Source: Blasia pusilla (taxonomy: Eukaryota). Taken from it: DNA of 64,000 nt. Shown one piece after another: positions 60,950-64,000 of the stretch (the stretch's first letter is position 1; each line of letters begins with the position of its first letter). Location of the stretch: assembly GCA_050084515.1 (NCBI GenBank), contig CM114271.1, forward strand, positions 21,018,001 through 21,082,000, given 5' to 3'. The notes beneath the pieces are model-generated. The model searched no databases. It had not been told where the DNA came from and saw only the letters and a list, made by a program, of their open reading frames with translations. The translations under genes were made by a program, and so were the position numbers.

Positions 60950-63900
60950 AAGCGCCACTCGCGCTATTTTTCTACCTGTGCGTACTTGAAGATCGAGGGG
61001 CTTCTAATGTGTGCAGCTTTTCTGAAGCCTACCGCGTCACAGGTTTGGAGAATTCCGCTCGCCCTACCTTGAAGATCGAGGGAACAGAGTCGACGCCGCC
61101 TTCTCCTCGCCAGTAAGACCTCTTCAAATCCCTGCCACAGATAGTCAAGTAGAGCCCACTTAGAATGGAAACCACGCAAGAGCTTTGACCATTTTATGTT
61201 GTATGGTGCTGAGAAGTATACTCCGAGAAAGACTCGTCAAAAAAGACGTCGATTACAGTCTCATGATAGGTTTAATCACACGTTGGAGGCAGTACTAAAA
61301 AATCAAACAATAAGAACGCGCCAAATTCTTTCCTTCTCTTCAAACAACATTATTCTCCATGGAAAGCTGGGTGACCCAGGAAGGACAGTTTCCCGTATGA
61401 CTTCTTTGTTGACTAGTGTGATACTTTGAGAGATGTGTCTTTATGTTTGGAATCTTGTCTTGTGCACTCCACTGACCTGAGGCTAGAGGTGTGAAAAATG
61501 TGCTCGTCGAGGTTTCCATAAGAGGACTAAACGTTTCTCTCTGCGATTCACTTAGGAGAGTATCAGGGCTTTTTATCTATGATGCCCGGACAGATGCTGC
61601 CTGTGCATGCAAGACTAGCTGGGTCGTAACTAGAAGAACAACAAACCTTCCGAAAAGGAAATGACTTCTAGAGGGATGAATGACTTGTAGCCGAGTGACT
61701 CATGTGGCTCGCTTCATATCTATGCTCAAATGGATTTCGTTAAGCATGAATGTTTCTCATGGTACAAGGATGACTCGAATTGAGAACAAAAATTTGACGC
61801 TCGGAGTGTGGGACCTGGTAGAGCACCACTAGACCATCTCCTTCACCGCGCGTTTCCCCCCTTCTGATATTTTATGAATCTCAGGTTACTCGCTTTGTCA
61901 TTGTTTGTACTGCCAATTATTCGGACGTAAAGCAACTGCTAGACTATCAACAGAGCAACTGCTAGACTAGTCGCTCGACTATTGGCTAAACTCAACCGCG
62001 TCCGGTTCAATAAAGACTCGGAACGTCTTGCAAGTATTTGTGGCATTCAATCCGAGACGATCATTCTCGCACGAAATCGCCTCATGGACCAGCCTTGCTC
62101 AGTTCATGTGGAGAAATTCCGTGACTTTCAGATCAATCAGATTCACCTTCATTATCCATTATCTCTACTGCAAGGAGTAGAGAGAATTGAACAAGAACTT
62201 GTGGGAAACAGCGATCGGACCAGAATGTGATTGAACTAATGACTGCGTTGGCACACGCACGTTTCTTCTAAGCGAAGAAGGCTCTCAGTTTGAAAACATG
62301 AACCAAGCGAATTATGATCTTCAGGGAGAGGAACAGATCATACCTCCGTCGTAAATAATCCTGGACTTCCCTCACTCGTTAACGGCTCCACACCTTCCTG
62401 TCCACCGAGCGATATCGCTGATGAGCTTCTTGCGACGCGCTGCAATACCTAACCATTCCTCTTGACCATTTGGAATTCCGACGACCTGCAAGTAGAAAAT
62501 TGGAAGAATATATCATCCAATTACGTGTAGAGCACTGCCAAGCGCTCTACGCGCTAGACGATCTGCAACTTAGATGGAGCGTGCAGACTGCGACGATGAG
62601 GAGCAATATGCTGTTTTCTTTTCTTTCTCTATGCGGAAATGTGGAGAATAGGCCGTCCACGGAACGGAGTTCACGGAGGGGCCGCGGTGTCCCGCGTGAT
62701 TCCGTGTATTCAATGGAATGCCAACGGAAACGAACGGTGACTGACGGTGTAATGGGGCGTCTCACGGAGCGTCCCGTGGAATCTTCCCGCTCTTTGCCAC
62801 GGAGACGTGGACAGAATTTGTTTCTTATGGCCAACACATATATACTTCCCTCGGAGACGAGGTTGCAATGTCAACTTATCCTTAAGACGGATATGTCCAC
62901 CCGCAATGTAGACTTGAGCTTGGGTTGGCAAATGACCCGTTGCCCATTCTTACCATCTGTTTTATTACCCGCACCAAGTCCGGACCTTGCTCATAGCGAC
63001 CCGCATCGAGTCGACACGTGGCCCACACTAAGCCCGCCTGGCCACGCAGAACCTACTGCGGGTCGGTGTAGGCCAAGCAAGGGCTTGTAGCCCACACACC
63101 CATTCGATCCCTTAATCTGAGTGCGTACTCGTTCCTGCATTGTAAAGCCCGTGCGGTCGACATGGTAACAAAAAAACTTGGTCGGGGACACGTTGATCAT
63201 GTCCGTTTTGTGCAACCTTGGTTTGAGACACCTTAATAGGCCCATCCACTTCCGTCACCGGTGAGCGATGGACGGGGATGAATTTGGGTCCCATGATATG
63301 TTGCGCGGGGTGCAAGGACAGGAATATGAGTTCATCTTTGACTAGGCTCTTACAAGGAAAAATGGGAACGGGTAATGATCCCGGACCTGTCAAACAAGAT
63401 CACGCTTTAGCGTCTACTCTCACACCCCGTTGGTTCTCACTGAGGAAATGGATTTGAGATCCATGAGTGTGGAAACTCATGAGGGAAAAAAATTGCAAGT
63501 CATTGAGTTTTTGAGTGAGTGTCCATCATAGCACCATATATAGAAGGAAGGAACATGTTTAAGAGATTTGAGTGGAATTGTTGAAGGAGTCATGATTCGT
63601 TTTTTTTTCCTCAAAGAGAGATGAAATGACAAAGTAGATTGGATATCATCTACATTCAGCCTTCTATGAGTGCTTTTTATCTAGTCTCCACTACTAGTAT
63701 TCTTGACTAGTACTTGAACCAAGAACTATTGCTCAACCTTGTTGGAGGAGTCCTCCCGACTCCTTGTTGAATCTCAAACAAGTGTTCATAACTTCATCAC
63801 AGATGCGTAGACCCATGTCTCTCAAGTTGCGTGGTGTGAGATTCTCTCCAACGGTAGGCTTTGGTTGTGACTCTAGTAAGATCTCCACATTGGCATTTGT

Positions 63901-64000
63901 CCACAAGTCATTTCTATTTGTCACAAAGTTATGGGGGATTGCACTACAAGTTATCAAACTCACTGCATGCTTGCTACTAGGTGCTTTAACCAAATTCGTT

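Noticed and set aside
61931-61969. 16-bp direct repeat AGCAACTGCTAGACTA separated by 7 nt
   Set aside because: A simple local duplication; no evidence of an element or function.
62470-63090. 206-aa plus-strand ORF
   Set aside because: Non-ATG start, no domain, and it overlaps GC-rich repeat-like sequence.

Overview
Eukaryotic land-plant nuclear DNA, probably from a bryophyte. That assignment is an inference from the spliced plant genes and the style of the Gypsy integrase remnant. Four host genes are supported: intronless TBCC (-), five-exon PP7 phosphatase (-), NF-YC (+, 3' end unresolved) and MZT1/GIP1 (-). There is also an inverted, deleted NF-YC pseudogene. The most notable part lies between the divergent PP7 and NF-YC genes: a ~16 kb all-minus-strand block holding a decayed HUH-Rep/Pif1 (Helitron2/Helentron-like) transposase gene, unassigned accessory ORFs (one split by a solo LTR) and a decayed CRE-like RT + restriction-like-endonuclease retrotransposon. 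The block is bracketed by an exact 10-bp direct repeat, so it may be one composite rolling-circle/retro element, but imperfect alternative TSDs closer to the RT leave independent adjacent insertions equally possible. Two more 5'-truncated copies of the retroelement share an invariant 37-nt 3' hairpin motif, and two of the three copies end just upstream of host genes in the same orientation. The rest is AT-rich TE debris, a Gypsy-derived foldback, tandem repeats and several long hairpins. All family assignments come from motif recognition by eye; no searches were run.
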